DNA of 64,000 nucleotides from Blastocystis sp. Blastoise (GCA_039096225.1 JBBPEB010000015.1:1178001-1242000); one strand, 5' to 3'. Positions 1-27,825 are shown, counted from the stretch's first letter. Notes: a model not told the origin generated them from the letters alone. A program made the numbers and translations.

Positions 1-3000
1 TTACCTTCTTTATCTTTTGATCCTTCAAATCTTGTTGCTTATAAAGGTATTGTTGTTCCTGCTCTATTAGTATCTTCTGAATATTACTCTAATTTCCGTA
101 TTACTCCTGCTCTACCTGCTGGTCTTTCTATGGATACTTCAAATGGTTATTTTAATGGTGTACCTACTACTTTATTATCTCCAACTGTTTATACAATTAC
201 TGCTAGTAATCCTCAAGGAATTGATGTTGCTACTACTATTACATTCTCTATTATTTCTTGTCAATCACCTAATATCTTATTTGGTATAAAATTAGTTTTT
301 GAAGGAGATGCTGTTGAAGCTTCATGGAAACTTATTGATCCATTTACAAATAATGTTATTGATTCACAAACTACTTCTATTTCTTGGGCTACACAATATT
401 TTAGTTTCTGTAAACCTGCACAAGCTTATACTTTAGAATTAGGTGATTCTGCTAATGATGGTTGGGGTAATGGTTATTATGAAGTTCTTCTTGAAGATGG
501 TACTCTTGTTTCTACAGGTACTGTTGCTAATGGTGAATCTCCTAAGACTGTTACAGTTAATGTAGGTTATTTATTAGTATTAGGACAAGGACAATGGAAA
601 TATTTGAATGATGGTTCTGAAGCTCCTTCTGGATGGAATCAACCTTCTTTCTCAGATGCTGCATGGTCTGTAGGTGTCTCAGGTAATCTTCCTGCACATA
701 ATGGAATAACACAATATTATCGTCATACTTTTACTATTCCTAATGATAATAATATTTATGCTGGTATTGAATTTAGATTTGCTTCTTATGCTGGTATGAT
801 TGTTTATATTAATGGACAAAATGTTTATTCTGTAAATATGCCTAAAACAAATAATATTATATCAACTACATTAGCTACTGCAGAAACAGAATCTTATGTT
901 TTATATTCTTTTTCTTTATCTGTTCAATATGGTGTTCTTCAATCTGGTGTGAATAAAATAGCTATTGAAATCCATAAAATGGCGAATGTTCCAGAAATTA
1001 ATGGTTTTGATGGTTCTATTAGTTTATTAGCTACAGGAGAATATAGAGTAAAAGATGGTTCTTCTTGGTGTGATATTGATAAACATGATTCTGAAGGTAT
1101 TGAAAAATTATTTGATAATAATATTCAAACTAAAGTTGTTACTGGTCCTCGTTGTGTAGGTTCTATCTTTGAATGGTTATATAATAATAATAGAAAAGAA
1201 TATATTAATCATTATAAAGTTACTAATGCAAATGATTGTAATAGAAGACATCCTTCTGGTTGGAAAATTGAAGGATCTAATGATGATAATAATTGGACTC
1301 TTTTACATACTACTTCAGGTATTTTCTTCTCTTCTTTCAAGCAAACAAAGTCTTTTGATTTCTATAATGAAAACTCTTATCAATATTATCGTATGGTTGT
1401 AACAGAATGTAATAATCCTTCTCTTTCTTCAGATTCTTATTGTGGAGATGGTAATATACAATTATCTGAATGGGGTTTATATATTGATAGAATTGGTTCT
1501 GTTTGTGCTGCTGATGGTGAATATAGTGCTGCATTAGAAGGTGATTATAGTTATAAATCATGTCCTACTGGTTATTCAGGTTATAAACGAAGACAATGTT
1601 CTAATGGAGTTCTTGGAACTGAAGAAAGTTTATGTATTCTTGTTGAACCTAGTGAATTATCTTATTCTGGATCTCCTTTTACTTTTTATAAGAATATTCC
1701 ATTAAATATTTATGCAACTATTGCTGGTGCAGAATTAACTGTTTCTATATCACCTTCTCTTCCTTCTGGAATTGTATTAAATACCGTTACTGGTGCTTTA
1801 TCAGGTACTCCCCTTGTAGAAAGTTCTCTTACTGAATATACGATTACTGCAACTAATTCAGCTGGAAGTATTTCAGCTACTATTATGATTCAAGTATCTT
1901 CTGCTAAATGTTCAAGTGAAAATGGTTGGCCATTAACTGATGCTGGTCAAACAGCTACTCAACCATGTCCAGATACTATTAATTATGAAGGTAGTATTAC
2001 TCGTTTATGTTCATTAGCTTATCCTGCAGTATGGCAACAAGCGATTGATACTTGTGTTATAAAGATGCCTACACTTACTTATTCAACTACTACTATACAT
2101 GGATTTAAAGACGATGCTATTACTCCTATTGTACCTACAAAAACAGGTATTAATATTGTTTCATTTACAATTTCACCTGAACTCCCTCAAGGTTTATCAT
2201 TTAATGGTGAAAATGGTCAAATTTCTGGTATACCTCTTATTGCTTCTTCAACAACTCATGTTGTATCTTTACAAAATAGTCGTGGTACTGCTACTTCTAC
2301 TATAAATATTGTTATTGAAAGTGTATTTTGTGCTGCAGATGATTTATGGCCTAGAACAGAACGTAATACAATTGCTTATCTATTCTGTGGTAATAATATG
2401 ATGGGTGTACAAATAAGAAATTGTAAGAATAGTGGTGTTGGTCTTTCTCAATGGACAACTGTAGATTCTACAAATTGTTATATATCTACTGAAAAGCCTA
2501 CTCCTGGTGATAAGAATATATTTATTCGTATTCCTATGGTTTTGAATGGTATTAATATTAATGACTTTGAAGATCCTTCTGTTTATGAATTATTTAGAAA
2601 TAGTTTTGGATTACAACTAACTAGTCATTCTGTTGCTTCTTCTAATGTTATTATAGAAAGTGTTTCTGCTGTTAGTGAAACAAGTGTTAAAGTTGTTATG
2701 AGAATATGTATTGCTGAATCTGAAAAAGATTCTTTCACTAAATTATTCTCTGATTTTGTTACACAAAATAATGGATTATTATTAAGTACTCAAACAAGTG
2801 GTAACCCTAAATTAGCTGCTATCTCATCAATTCAAAGTTCTAGTAGTGATTTTACTTATCAGAAAAATGGACTGGCTACTAATGTTATTATTCTTATTGT
2901 TGTCTTAGTCATTATTGTTGTTTGTATTCTTGCTGTTGTTGTATTCTGTATTGTTGTTAGAACAAAAGGAAAAGGTAACAAAGGACACAAACATTTAGAT

Positions 3001-3069
3001 GGAAAGAAAAAGGTATCGTCTACAAAAGCTGCTACAGCTAAAACAACAAGTAAAGCTGTTAAAGTCTAA
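1..3069 (+). CDS. Large type-I membrane surface protein, 5'-partial (He_PIG/cadherin-like Ig repeats, galactose-binding jelly-roll, F5/8C discoidin-like domain, HormR-like Cys modules, SEA-like region, TM, basic tail)
   Basis: Frame open from base 1 to TAA at 3069. Motifs: LPxGLxxxxxxGxxSGxP Ig repeats, DSANDGW, WKYLNDG..W, ANDCNRRHPSGW..GSND, CxxxxxWPxT..CP..G..R.C..W; hydrophobic TM near aa 921-946 followed by a Lys-rich tail. Confidence 0.85.
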   Translation, partial: LPSLSFDPSNLVAYKGIVVPALLVSSEYYSNFRITPALPAGLSMDTSNGYFNGVPTTLLSPTVYTITASNPQGIDVATTITFSIISCQSPNILFGIKLVFEGDAVEASWKLIDPFTNNVIDSQTTSISWATQYFSFCKPAQAYTLELGDSANDGWGNGYYEVLLEDGTLVSTGTVANGESPKTVTVNVGYLLVLGQGQWKYLNDGSEAPSGWNQPSFSDAAWSVGVSGNLPAHNGITQYYRHTFTIPNDNNIYAGIEFRFASYAGMIVYINGQNVYSVNMPKTNNIISTTLATAETESYVLYSFSLSVQYGVLQSGVNKIAIEIHKMANVPEINGFDGSISLLATGEYRVKDGSSWCDIDKHDSEGIEKLFDNNIQTKVVTGPRCVGSIFEWLYNNNRKEYINHYKVTNANDCNRRHPSGWKIEGSNDDNNWTLLHTTSGIFFSSFKQTKSFDFYNENSYQYYRMVVTECNNPSLSSDSYCGDGNIQLSEWGLYIDRIGSVCAADGEYSAALEGDYSYKSCPTGYSGYKRRQCSNGVLGTEESLCILVEPSELSYSGSPFTFYKNIPLNIYATIAGAELTVSISPSLPSGIVLNTVTGALSGTPLVESSLTEYTITATNSAGSISATIMIQVSSAKCSSENGWPLTDAGQTATQPCPDTINYEGSITRLCSLAYPAVWQQAIDTCVIKMPTLTYSTTTIHGFKDDAITPIVPTKTGINIVSFTISPELPQGLSFNGENGQISGIPLIASSTTHVVSLQNSRGTATSTINIVIESVFCAADDLWPRTERNTIAYLFCGNNMMGVQIRNCKNSGVGLSQWTTVDSTNCYISTEKPTPGDKNIFIRIPMVLNGININDFEDPSVYELFRNSFGLQLTSHSVASSNVIIESVSAVSETSVKVVMRICIAESEKDSFTKLFSDFVTQNNGLLLSTQTSGNPKLAAISSIQSSSSDFTYQKNGLATNVIILIVVLVIIVVCILAVVVFCIVVRTKGKGNKGHKHLDGKKKVSSTKAATAKTTSKAVKV

Positions 3070-3547
3070 AAAATTCTTATAATAATAAAATTATTATTTT
3101 TTTCAAAATATCTTATTTTTAAAAAGATATATCTATATCAATGTATATATATACAATTTTCTTTATATAATTGTTATCTATAATAAAATGTTTCTTTATA
3201 TATATGAGTTTTAAAGGAATATTTGTTAAAGCTCTTTTTGCCATTTCACTATTTGTCTTATTTATATTTGCTATATAATATTTAAGTCTATTGCTATATA
3301 TATATATATGAGTTTTGTTCATGATAAATAACTATATACTTGAAAAAATTAATTTTTATCATATTTTTATTATTTCGACTAAACAATATGATATCTATTA
3401 TGGTATATAAAAAAGTAAGATATACCGTACGTGAGTATCTTTTACTTTCTGGTAAATAACCAAAAATGAAAACCTAAACAACATTTATAGTTTTTTTTTT
3501 GTTTATTTATAAATCTTAATATTATAAGATAACTAAAAATTTCAACA

Positions 3548-3629
3548 GACAATTTGTCCGAGTGGTTAAGGAGGTAGACTAGAAATCTACTGGGCTTTGC
3601 CCGCGCAGGTTCGAATCCTGCAGTTGTCG
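3548..3629 (+). tRNA. tRNA-Ser (anticodon AGA), intronless, long variable arm
   Basis: GACAATT...AGTTGTC acceptor stem, GTAGA-CT-AGA-AA-TCTAC anticodon arm, GGTTCGAATCC T-loop, 82 nt. Confidence 0.97.
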
Positions 3630-3631
3630 AA

Positions 3632-3646
3632 TTTTTATTTTTTTTG
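3632..3646 (+). terminator. Pol III T-run terminator of tRNA-Ser
   Basis: TTTTTATTTTTTTT directly 3' of the tRNA. Confidence 0.7.
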
Positions 3647-4749
3647 TCAGAATAGTTTTATTTATTTATTTGTAAATATATGTATGTCAATGTATTATAT
3701 ATATATTGTATGGATTAATCTTAATAAGACAAAATAAGTTTAGACTCAAATAAGGATGATTTCTTGTAAATGAATAATTTTCATTTCGCTGTTTAACGAT
3801 TCTCTTTCATCTATATTGTTCATGAATTATTTTAAATACTAATAGAACTATTTAAATAATAAAATCTTTAAAATTCTGAAATTTTGTGGTATTAATCTAT
3901 TTTTCTAAAAGTCTTTATCGAATAGTCATCGTAACACATGAAATATCTTAAAAACATAATAGTCGTGTGAAGACAGTTATATAAGGATTAGAGTCATTTA
4001 ATAATGAACAAAAAAGTGTTATTAAAATTCAGTGGTGAAAGATGCTTTTCATAACAAACTAATTTATAATTTGATGACGAAATACTATCTGAAGTTTAAA
4101 ATCATATTATAATCACATAAATAAAAGAATCAACTCTGATTCAAAAAGTAATCGGCATAAAAAAATGGACATATGACAGAAAAAACAACTTCTGAAGATC
4201 GAAGATATGTTTCATAATATTTATATAAAATATCTGTATCATAAAAAATAAAATTGATATTTTTTCTTCATCTGTAATGTATTGTTTTTCTTAATAAAAA
4301 TTATTTTTTTCATTAATATATATTACATATATGTGTCTAAATAGGTTAAAATTTCTTGATGTCACAAAATAAATAATTTATTTGTCACATTTCTTCATTT
4401 ACATAAAAATTCATTTTTACGAAAAGAATGAAATAGTAATGAATAATTAAATTTGAATAAGTTGTTTTATTTTTATTTATTATCATTAATGAATCGACTG
4501 TTGTAAATAAACAAAAATAAACAAAAATAGAAGAAAAAGGGATATTTGTCAAAGCGAACAAACTGAAATGAATGATTCCCATAATTTATTTTTCTTATTC
4601 TTTTTTTTCATTTTTTTTTTTGATAAAAATATTTTCTTTTATTTAATATATTAGATAAAAGGATATTAACGTTATTCATCAATAATAATTATTAAAATAT
4701 ATTGTCTATAAGCATAACAATAGTAATTATTTCATAACATCTGTTGATT

Positions 4750-15118
<10,369 letters not shown>

Positions 15119-16140
15119 TTATATCAAAATATACATTATACTTAGAAGAGTACAGAAACAAATGATTCTTCTCATTCTATTTCAAAATAATTATTTATAT
15201 ATACTGACTTATTCATCAATAATTCTCTTTAGATTATTTTTCTATATAAAAAAGTTATTTAACTATATGCTATATTTATTGTTTTTTTTTACCCTTCCTA
15301 TATAATGCTTTTTTAGATATTATATTATACAGAATTGAATTTAGTTTTTCTTCTGCATGCACTGTTTATATATTCTTTTATTTATAAGAATTCCTTTAAA
15401 TCTGTTTTTGCTTTTTATTATTTATATATATCTATTTTTATAATTTCTTTTAAATGTTTTCCATTATATTTGTTTTTAGTACTTTATATAACTTTTTTCC
15501 AAGTTGCTGTTTTCGATGTATTTTAAATTATTTAGAAATAAATTATTTAGAAATAAAATGCTTTGTTTTGAATACTTATGATGTTGGTAATTCTTGTTGT
15601 TTTTCTTGTTTGCTTTATTAATAATTGTCTATAATAAAAAGTCATTATAGTTTCAACTAATAGTATATATCTAGTACTTGCTGTTGAAATATATCTATCA
15701 ATAGAAAGTAGGAAAAGACACAATTTTTAAATAATGCTTTTAAAAATACAATTCAAGTTCAGATATAATAGGAGCATATTCTATAAACAACTTTGCATAA
15801 ACAAATGATATGTAATATTAAACTAAAAAGAAAATATAAAAAATGAAGTCAAAAAAATAATGAAAATGATTTTCACTAAGTCTATTTCGATTCTTTTATA
15901 GTTAATATAATATAAAAAGCTCATTATTATAGAGTAACCGATATAATAAAGAATAATAAAGAAAATCATGAAAACAAAAAGATTTTTTCAGCATTATTTT
16001 TATTTCTGGGAAAATATCAGAATGAAGAGACTTTGTCAATAAAAACTAGGGATTGATAAATAAAAATCTAATCTTTTATATTATCATCAAGTCTGTGATT
16101 CATATTAAGAAAATTAACTTTATTTGATTAATTTTGAATT

Positions 16141-17706
16141 ATGGGTGTTCTTGACGACAGTTCCAGTGAAGATATTTCGAAAAGAAAATCAATTGTCAAC
16201 ATACATGAGTTTGACTCGTATGTAGATGATCGATCTCAACAAGAGAGCTCTACACAAGATGAGAATGGAGAAGATGACTGTATTTATTTCTTTATATAAA
16301 TGATTTTATCTTTAGTAATCCGCCAAAAAGAAATGTATTTTGTTTCAAGTCTTGAGACAACAGATGTATTTGATGATAGTGACGTATGATTTTAATCTAT
16401 GATATTATATTATTTATGAACAAGCATTATATGGACAACATGTCTTTATAGATAGAAGAAAAAGAATATAAAATTGCTTCAGAGTTACCCGATGTTTTTC
16501 AATTCTATAAAAGAAATGATATTAAAGATGTAAAGAAAGGTCCTTATTCTTCTGTACAAATGGTTTATGAAAATGTATTTTTATATGTATTTTTATTAAC
16601 ATTTTCATAATATATATATATTTTATGAAAGTTTAGTTTCTCATAAATATAAATTATAATATATTTATATATAGGAATTATTAGGAACAGGAAAATTATT
16701 ATTTACTGATCACAATTTGATTTGGCAATATTCTGATAATGGTATATATATATATTAATTGTTTTTAGATTTTATAAAAATAATAGAATAATATTATACT
16801 ATAAAATTAAAAAATATTTATATTATTTTATTATAACTATATATATATATAGAATATTTATCATTTCCCTTATTACAAATACAATCCTATAAATCTACGT
16901 ATTCTCCTCAGACTCCTCGAACTCCTTTAACGGATTCTTCTTCGGATTCTTCTTCGGATTCATCTGATTCTTCAGATATAGAAGACACGAATCCTTATGA
17001 ATCAAAGCCATTATTAATACGTAAACGTTCTTCACATCATAATAGTATTATTTCTAATGGATTTCCACCTATGACATTAGATTTATCATGGTATAATTAT
17101 AAATATGTGTCTTCTTATGGACAATCACCTTTTACTCCCCGCGGGAATCATATTTGTGATGAATTAGTTATTAAAACTAAATTTATTCTTGATTATAATG
17201 GTATGATGTTGTTTCTATTATTTTAAATTTATTTTTTTAATTTTATTCTTTCTTTTTTATATAAAATCTTCTATTATTTGTTTTTTAAATAATTATAATT
17301 CTATTTATATTATTTATAAATATGATTGCTTCTTTATTATTATTATTATATATATATATAATACTATAGAAGATAATGAATCTCAACGAAGTGATGCTTA
17401 TTATCAAATTCATATGTTTTTATCTTCTAAAAGAGATTCTTTAAAATATGATAATTCTAAAGATTCATTAAAATCGGCATTAGTGCAATATTGTAAATTA
17501 TTTGATTTTTCAACACCCTCCGATATGACGCATACTTCGTCAAATATTTATTCTTCTACTTCTTCTATTACTCCTGCTATTTCTTCTATATATATATCTG
17601 AATTACCACGATCTGCTTCAGCACTTTATTTAAGTCGATATATTAATAAGAATTATAAGTATATATATATATATATATTTATTTATAGTATGTATTGCCT
17701 ATTATT

Positions 17707-17737
<31 letters not shown>

Positions 17738-18921
17738 GTTATACAGTAGATGTGGATGAATATATTGAATTAACTGATCGATATCTTCAAAAATTAACCG
17801 ATAGATCTTATCAATTGAGGGTTTTATGGACTGTTAAAGATACTTTCAGAGTATATACTATTTATTAACATGTTTATTATTATTTTATTATTTTATTATT
17901 TTATTATTTTTAAATTTTATTATTTTATTATTTTATTATTTTATTATTTTATTATTTTATTATTTTATTATTTTATTATTTTATTATTTTATTATTTTAT
18001 TATTTTATTATTTTATTATTTTATTATTTTATTATTTTATTATTTTATTATTTTATTATTTTATATTATTTTATTATTTTATTATTTTATTATTTTATTA
18101 TTTTATTATTTTATTATTTTATTATTTTATTATTTTATTATTTTATTATTATTATATAGACAATATTATTGATTCAAGAAGAGATGAAGAAACAGTTTGC
18201 GAGTGAGTTAATGGCATATATAAAAACAGATCGAGAAACAGATCAAAATAAAATATTTGATATAAATTCAAGTATTTATTTATTTTGATTATATATTATA
18301 TATAATATTTATAATATAATATATTATATATAATACAATATAATATATATAATATATATAATACAATATAATACAATATAATATATATAATATACATAAT
18401 ACAATATAATACAATATACTATATATATATAGATAAGGAGATTCCTTGTTCTGAGTATGAAGATCGTTTTAAGACGTTTATGACTGCTTTAGAGTTAGAA
18501 GGCCATTATTTACATTATTGTAATATAGAGAGAGGTCTTTGGAGAAAGGAAGATATTAAAGAAGGAGGATTAGAAGAAGGTAAATATATATATATATTAT
18601 ATATAATATATAATAATAATTAGTATAATAATTAGTATAATAATAATAATATATAGATGATGATATATATGTGGATCCTGCAGAACTTCAGTTACGTCGA
18701 AAACGTACAGTGAAAGATATTTGTATATGGTATCATAAACAACAAAATTCGAAAAGAGAACAAATGTATATATCAAGTATTATATATATATATATAGGTA
18801 TAATGAAATACAAAAATTAAGTGAAAGTTTTTATAAAGATATGCATACATTAGATGATCAATATATGGAGAGATTAAAGAAATATAATGTTACTCCTGAA
18901 GAAATTGAAGGATTATTATTC

Positions 18922-18924
<3 letters not shown>
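16141..18924 (+). CDS. Multi-exon hypothetical protein with a probable PH/GRAM-like domain and helical C-terminus
   Basis: ATG at 16141 (MGVLDDSSSE...). GT-AG exons join into GTGKLLFTDHNLIW..LSFPLLQIQSY and end TPEEIEGLLF-TAA. Domain call is by resemblance only. Confidence 0.65.
17876..18152 (+). repeat. Intronic 8-mer tandem array (ATTTTATT)n
   Basis: Visible periodic array inside an intron of the 16141 gene. Confidence 0.9.
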
Positions 18925-18987
<63 letters not shown>

Positions 18988-19101
18988 TGTTGCTTTCAAT
19001 TATGAATAAACTATTTTTTTTTTGATTTATTTATATTTATTTATGACTAAAATTTCTTTTTTTTATATATCTTTATAATTGGATACAAATAATTATGATA
19101 C

Positions 19102-19192
<91 letters not shown>
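18925..19192. repeat. Two (TA)n microsatellites (~30 and ~42 units) downstream of the stop codon
   Basis: Directly visible at ~18925-18983 and ~19108-19192. Confidence 0.9.
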
Positions 19193-19195
<3 letters not shown>

Positions 19196-20279
19196 TTTAT
19201 GTCTCCATTTAAACAATTGTAAATTATTTATTATCTTGATATATCTGCATGTATTTTTACATTGATTAATTACTTTACTGAATATTACTTATTTTTAGAT
19301 TAATTCTTTTTTATTATATGTATATATATATATATCCATTTAATATATTTTAAACTTAATTTCTTATTCTTTTTTATTGTTTTCATTTCTTATATACATA
19401 TACCTATATATATATATATTAATCATTTTACTATAGATTATTGTATTAATTATAATTTATCTATTTATATATATTTATATCTATGTATTATATTATGAAT
19501 ATTGTTTTTTATTCTATATTTCAACTTTTTCATTACATATCTTTTTTTTATATATTATAAAATAAATTGGTTATTCTATAATAATATATTACGCTATTTT
19601 TGATTTTGATATTTCTTTTTTTTTATCTATATCGCATATATTTACATTGTAAAATATATGTATTTTTTTGTTTGTTTTGATAACTTAACTTTATTATTTA
19701 TGTACTATATTCTAATGTACTCTTTCATTCCTTATTTGTCATTTTAACAATAATTGTTATTTTTTTGTTTTGTTTTTAATAAATAATCTATTATCATAGA
19801 GTGATTCTCTACTGTTCTGTAGAGTATATTTAAAATATATATTAATAATTACTGGATTTTATATAAGATAAATAGAATTTGGGGGATAATAGAAAGAATA
19901 ATACTTTTTCTATATGTTATAAATGTCTAATAAAAAGAACTAATTGCTTTTTTATGTTTCCTTTTCTATTGGCTATATTGTTAATTATAAAAAAGTGTTA
20001 CTTATAATGTTTAAAAAAAAAATGAAAAAAAAAAATGTTTTGACATATATGTTTATATAATTGACATGAATATAGAATACGCATAATAATGAAAATTGTT
20101 TTTATAAGTATATTATGAAATATCAAATAATATACAATTAAATTAGAAAAACAGTAAGTTTAATAAAAGATCCTATAGAATAAAAATTAAAAAAAATAAA
20201 TGAGAATAAATAGATAATAATGAATTAAATAAATAATAATGGAATAAATAAATAATAATGCAATAAATACTAATTATGT

Positions 20280-21750
20280 TCATTCGAATTGAAAGACTTC
20301 CATATCTTCTACTTTAAAGAAATTCGTATTTCGTTGATCTCCAGTATTTGTAAATAATGAACAAAAATATTTTTCATCATTTTCATAATCATGAGAAATC
20401 ATATTAAAAGCATTCATATGATTTTGTTCTGCATTATCTTGAGAAAATTGATCACCAATAATCATAGTATCCCCAAATTGAGGTCCTGATTCTTTAGAAT
20501 AACGTAAGGCTTGAGAAGATTGAAGGCATTTAAATACTCTTGGCTTCGTATTATGAGAATTTATTAATGTAAATATAAATGCTTTACTATCATATATAGG
20601 AATACCTTCTATAGAATATAGATATAAAATGATATATATTATATAATATATAATATATATTATATATTATATAATATATAATATAATAAAATGAAGAATA
20701 GTATACTATATACGATTGACGATATCTATATAAATAAGAATAATAGTTAGAATATATATTATAAACTATTACTTTATGAATATAAAAAAATATATCAATA
20801 ATAAATATAATAATAATAAGAATATATATATATATACCCATAAACCGATACATTCTTCCATTAATATTATTTTTCCATGGTTCTGATGCATATCCACCAA
20901 ATATATTTATATTTCCCTTATTATCGATTTGTTTTATAAATATAAGTGTATTTTCTTTTTTATCACAATATTTATGAAAATTTTTAGCAGAAGCACCATC
21001 TTTAGAAGATCTATATATAAATTACAACATAAGAATATAGAAATATTTTGCTTATTATTTAATGAATGCTTCTAAATAGAAGCAATTAAATTACAGATTA
21101 CTATTCAACATCAAAATTAAATAAAAAATTAAATAAAATAAATAAAAAATAGAATAATAATAATAATATATAACTATACCTATAAAGAAGTTTTATTTTT
21201 GATAATAAATTTGTTTGTGACAGATAGGGTTCCAAGAACTGTATCATGTCTTCAGTAATAAATATACTGTCATTAATAAGATCTCCATCAAAAGAAGTAG
21301 AAGGTTTATGTATAGAAGAAGATTGAGAATTACTACCTGAACTATTATTCGATCGATTACTACTCTTATTAGAACTTAATTTTGAATTTAATCCTAAATA
21401 AGAACTATTTTTCTGATATTTATTTATAGAAGCTAAAGAAGAATTTAATGATTTTAAATTATTTATAGCAAATGATTCGATATGAACACTTCCCATTTGT
21501 TCTAATTCTTTACGAATATCTTTAGCATCCGGTCGTTTGTGAGAATCACAAACTAAACAACGTTTTACTAAGTTACGAACATCTATATATATATATATAT
21601 ATTAATAGAGTGTTGATAAAGATAATACTATATATGTTAGATAATAAACTATATATAAATGATAATTTAATATATATATATATATTACTTAGAGGGCAAG
21701 ACTCTTTAAGTTTATAATTATAGGTACCTAAAGCAACTTGACGCATTGCC

Positions 21751-21781
<31 letters not shown>

Positions 21782-22422
21782 ATAGAGAAATGTATATAAG
21801 AAGATACAGAAAGAGCTTAGTATATATATACTTGTTCATCACGATATATAGTGCCAATAAGACATTCATTAGTGAATAATTCATATATAATTAAACCTAA
21901 GGAATATATATCGGCCTTTAAGGAGTATACAGCAGATATTTTAATCTCTGGAGCCATACTATATATATAGAATAATAAAATGATGATTATTATTATTATA
22001 TATATAGAAGAGTGTGATGGATTTATAATATATATATGAATAATAAAATGATAATTATTATATATAAAGAATAATAAAATGATGATGATTATTATTATTA
22101 TATATACTAAACAGGAGTGCCAACGTTAGTCATTTTAATAGCATTATTTCCCGCTTCTTTACATAATCCAAGATCACCCAACTTAACTTGACCATTATGA
22201 AGAAATATATTAGCTGGCTATATATATATAATAATATAAATAGATGCTATAAAAATAATTAAAACGTGATAAAAACATTATGAAAAAACGAAAAAAAATA
22301 ATATAAATATAAATAAAAATACTTTAAGATCTCTATGAATAATATTATTTTCATGAAGATATTCAACAGAGGCAGCTAATTGAGTAGCAATTAAAAATGC
22401 TTGATCTTCAGATAAAGATCCT

Positions 22423-22453
<31 letters not shown>

Positions 22454-24162
22454 TGATAGAAATATACTTATCTAATAATTGTTGAACATCTCCTCCATTT
22501 GCATATTCTAATACCATTCCATATCTCCCATTAGCATTTATAGTCATTCCTAGTCCCTATAGAGTATATAATAAGTATAATAAGTATAATAAATATAATA
22601 AATATAATAAATATAATAAATATAATAAATATAATAAATATAATAAATATAATAATCATAATAAATATAATAAATATAATAAATATAATAAATATAATAA
22701 ATATAATAAATATAATAAATATAATAAATAGAATAATAAAATATAATAAATATAATAAATATAATAAATATAATAAATATAATAAATATAATAAATATAA
22801 TAAATATAATAAATATAATAAATATAATAAATATAATAAATATAATAAAATATAATAAATATAATAAAATATAATAAAATATAATAAATATAATAAATAT
22901 AATAAGTATAATCATAATTATAAATGGATACTTTAACAATATAAGGGCAATTACAGTTGGTAAGAAAGCCTACTTCTCGATAGAAATAAATCATTTCTTC
23001 CTCGGATACTTCATCTTTCATATATTTTACACATACTTCTTGACCTTTGTAATTACTATATAATACATTAATAATATATGTAAATAGATTCATAATAATA
23101 ATAGTAATATTCTTTATCTTTATGAATATATACCCTTTATATGCTTTTCCAAATGAGCCCGATCCAAGAAGAACTTTATTTGTAATAAGAATATCAGGGA
23201 TCATTACAACTATAATCATTATAGAATATAAATAATAATTATATTATTTAATAAATATAAAAATAAATAAATAAATCAATCATATATCATCTGTTAATTG
23301 AAAAAGAAAGTTGACTTAAGAATATATGTTTAAAAGAATTATATTTTTATAATAAATCTTATATAAAGAAAAGCAATATTATAGAATAATAATACTTTGT
23401 ATATATATACTTTTATTTCCTAGTTCATCAATAACTTTTTGTAAAGCGTTTTGTTGATCAACACTAATATGAGGTTCAACAATAGATTCACCTTCAGAGT
23501 CTCTATATATTCATTATATATATATATATAAAAGCTCTGAATATAATGAATAGAAAATAAATGTTTATACTCTTCAGAAGGAAAGGATTTCGCAAATAAT
23601 TGTGAAAGAAGAGTGGCAGTATCCATAAGATCTGTATACTTGTTCTATATTAATATATATACAAATAGAATACTATTTATATATAATTAAAGCTATGTAA
23701 TATATACTTTAACAATAAACTCAATAAGGTTGTCTACACTATCTCCATCAGAATCAAAAACACCATTTATTGGTTTAAGTTTCTTTGATTCTATAATTTA
23801 ATATATATAATTAAAAAAAATAAGATATTTTGAATTACTATCATGAACAACACTGATTAAAACAGGGAAAATGGATCCATTTATTATTTGGAAGAATTCA
23901 CGGATTTTAACAACTTGAAGTTTACTTCTTGGAACACCTAACAAATAGTCGATTTTATAATAATCACCACTATTAATATGAACTATATAAATTATATATT
24001 AGACCAAGTTCAGTGCTTTTCCTACCTTGATTCATATCTTTAACATCGACAAATTTTAAATCATTAAGTTTAGAAACTTGTTTTTTTACTATTTGAGATT
24101 CCTATGCAGATATAAATAAGAAAACAAACATTTCAGATATATTAATAAAAGTTTACAGACAT
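20280..24162 (-). CDS. Ser/Thr protein kinase (NEK-like motifs) fused to a C-terminal TLDc domain
   Basis: Spliced: LGSGSFG, VCVK, HRDLKPANIFL, VKLGDLGL, GTPVYMAPE, KADIYSLG, RPDA; then LLYRSSKDG..FHKYCD..IFGGY..AFIFTL..GPQFG..FKVEDMEVF. Start codon inferred. Confidence 0.85.
22575..22905. repeat. Intronic 9-mer array (AAATATAAT)n on + strand
   Basis: About 35 near-perfect units inside a kinase intron. Confidence 0.9.
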
Positions 24163-24898
24163 GTTAATAATGAGATGATCTAAACAAAGTATATTCTAAA
24201 TAAAAATTTAAGTTTTTGTGAGTGTTATTTTTCTCTTTTGTTGTAGTTTTTTTTATTTGAAGAAAAAAAAAGTTTTTGAATGGAAGATAACGAAAAATTT
24301 GTGATTATTTTTGTTTCTTGAAAAATTTTAAATTTTAATTTTTTTAGAGAGAGAAAAGGATTTATGAATTAAAAACTAAATGTATTGCAATTCAGAAGAG
24401 TTGATTATACATTTGTTAAGAAAGAACTATTTCTATTCTTTTACTAATTTATGATTCAGTTAATGATGATGTGTATTTGATTATTATTAATGTCTGAAAG
24501 TTATGAGTCACTATCCGATATGTTTCGAAAATGACTGATATGCTATACTTGAGTTTATTTGTTAATTAACAGTGAATTTAGGTGTACATGTCATTGACAT
24601 ATGTATAATTGTTTGTATTGCATGAGGCAAAAGCTAGGACTTAAAGAAGTGTTAATCTGATAAATTTCTAACAAAATAACAATAAATTAAAAAAAGTAAA
24701 AAAAAAATTAAAAGGACGTCTTCTGTGATTATTCAATAGATTGTATTAATAATAATAAATATATATATATATATATATATATAATTATGAATATCAATAC
24801 ATAAAAAAATAATCACTTGAAATATATAGATGAATATAAAATAGAAAGAAAAAGAAATTTAAAGTGATACAAAGTTTATTATAAAAAAATGAATAATA

Positions 24899-27825
<2,927 letters not shown>

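Noticed and set aside
4170-4395. Recurring TGACA/TGTCA motif upstream of genes
   Set aside because: Rough frequency matches chance expectation for this base composition.
24460-24540. C/D-box snoRNA-like ATGATGA...CTGA...CTGA
   Set aside because: No convincing rRNA-complementary guide or proper terminal stem; such boxes are expected by chance.
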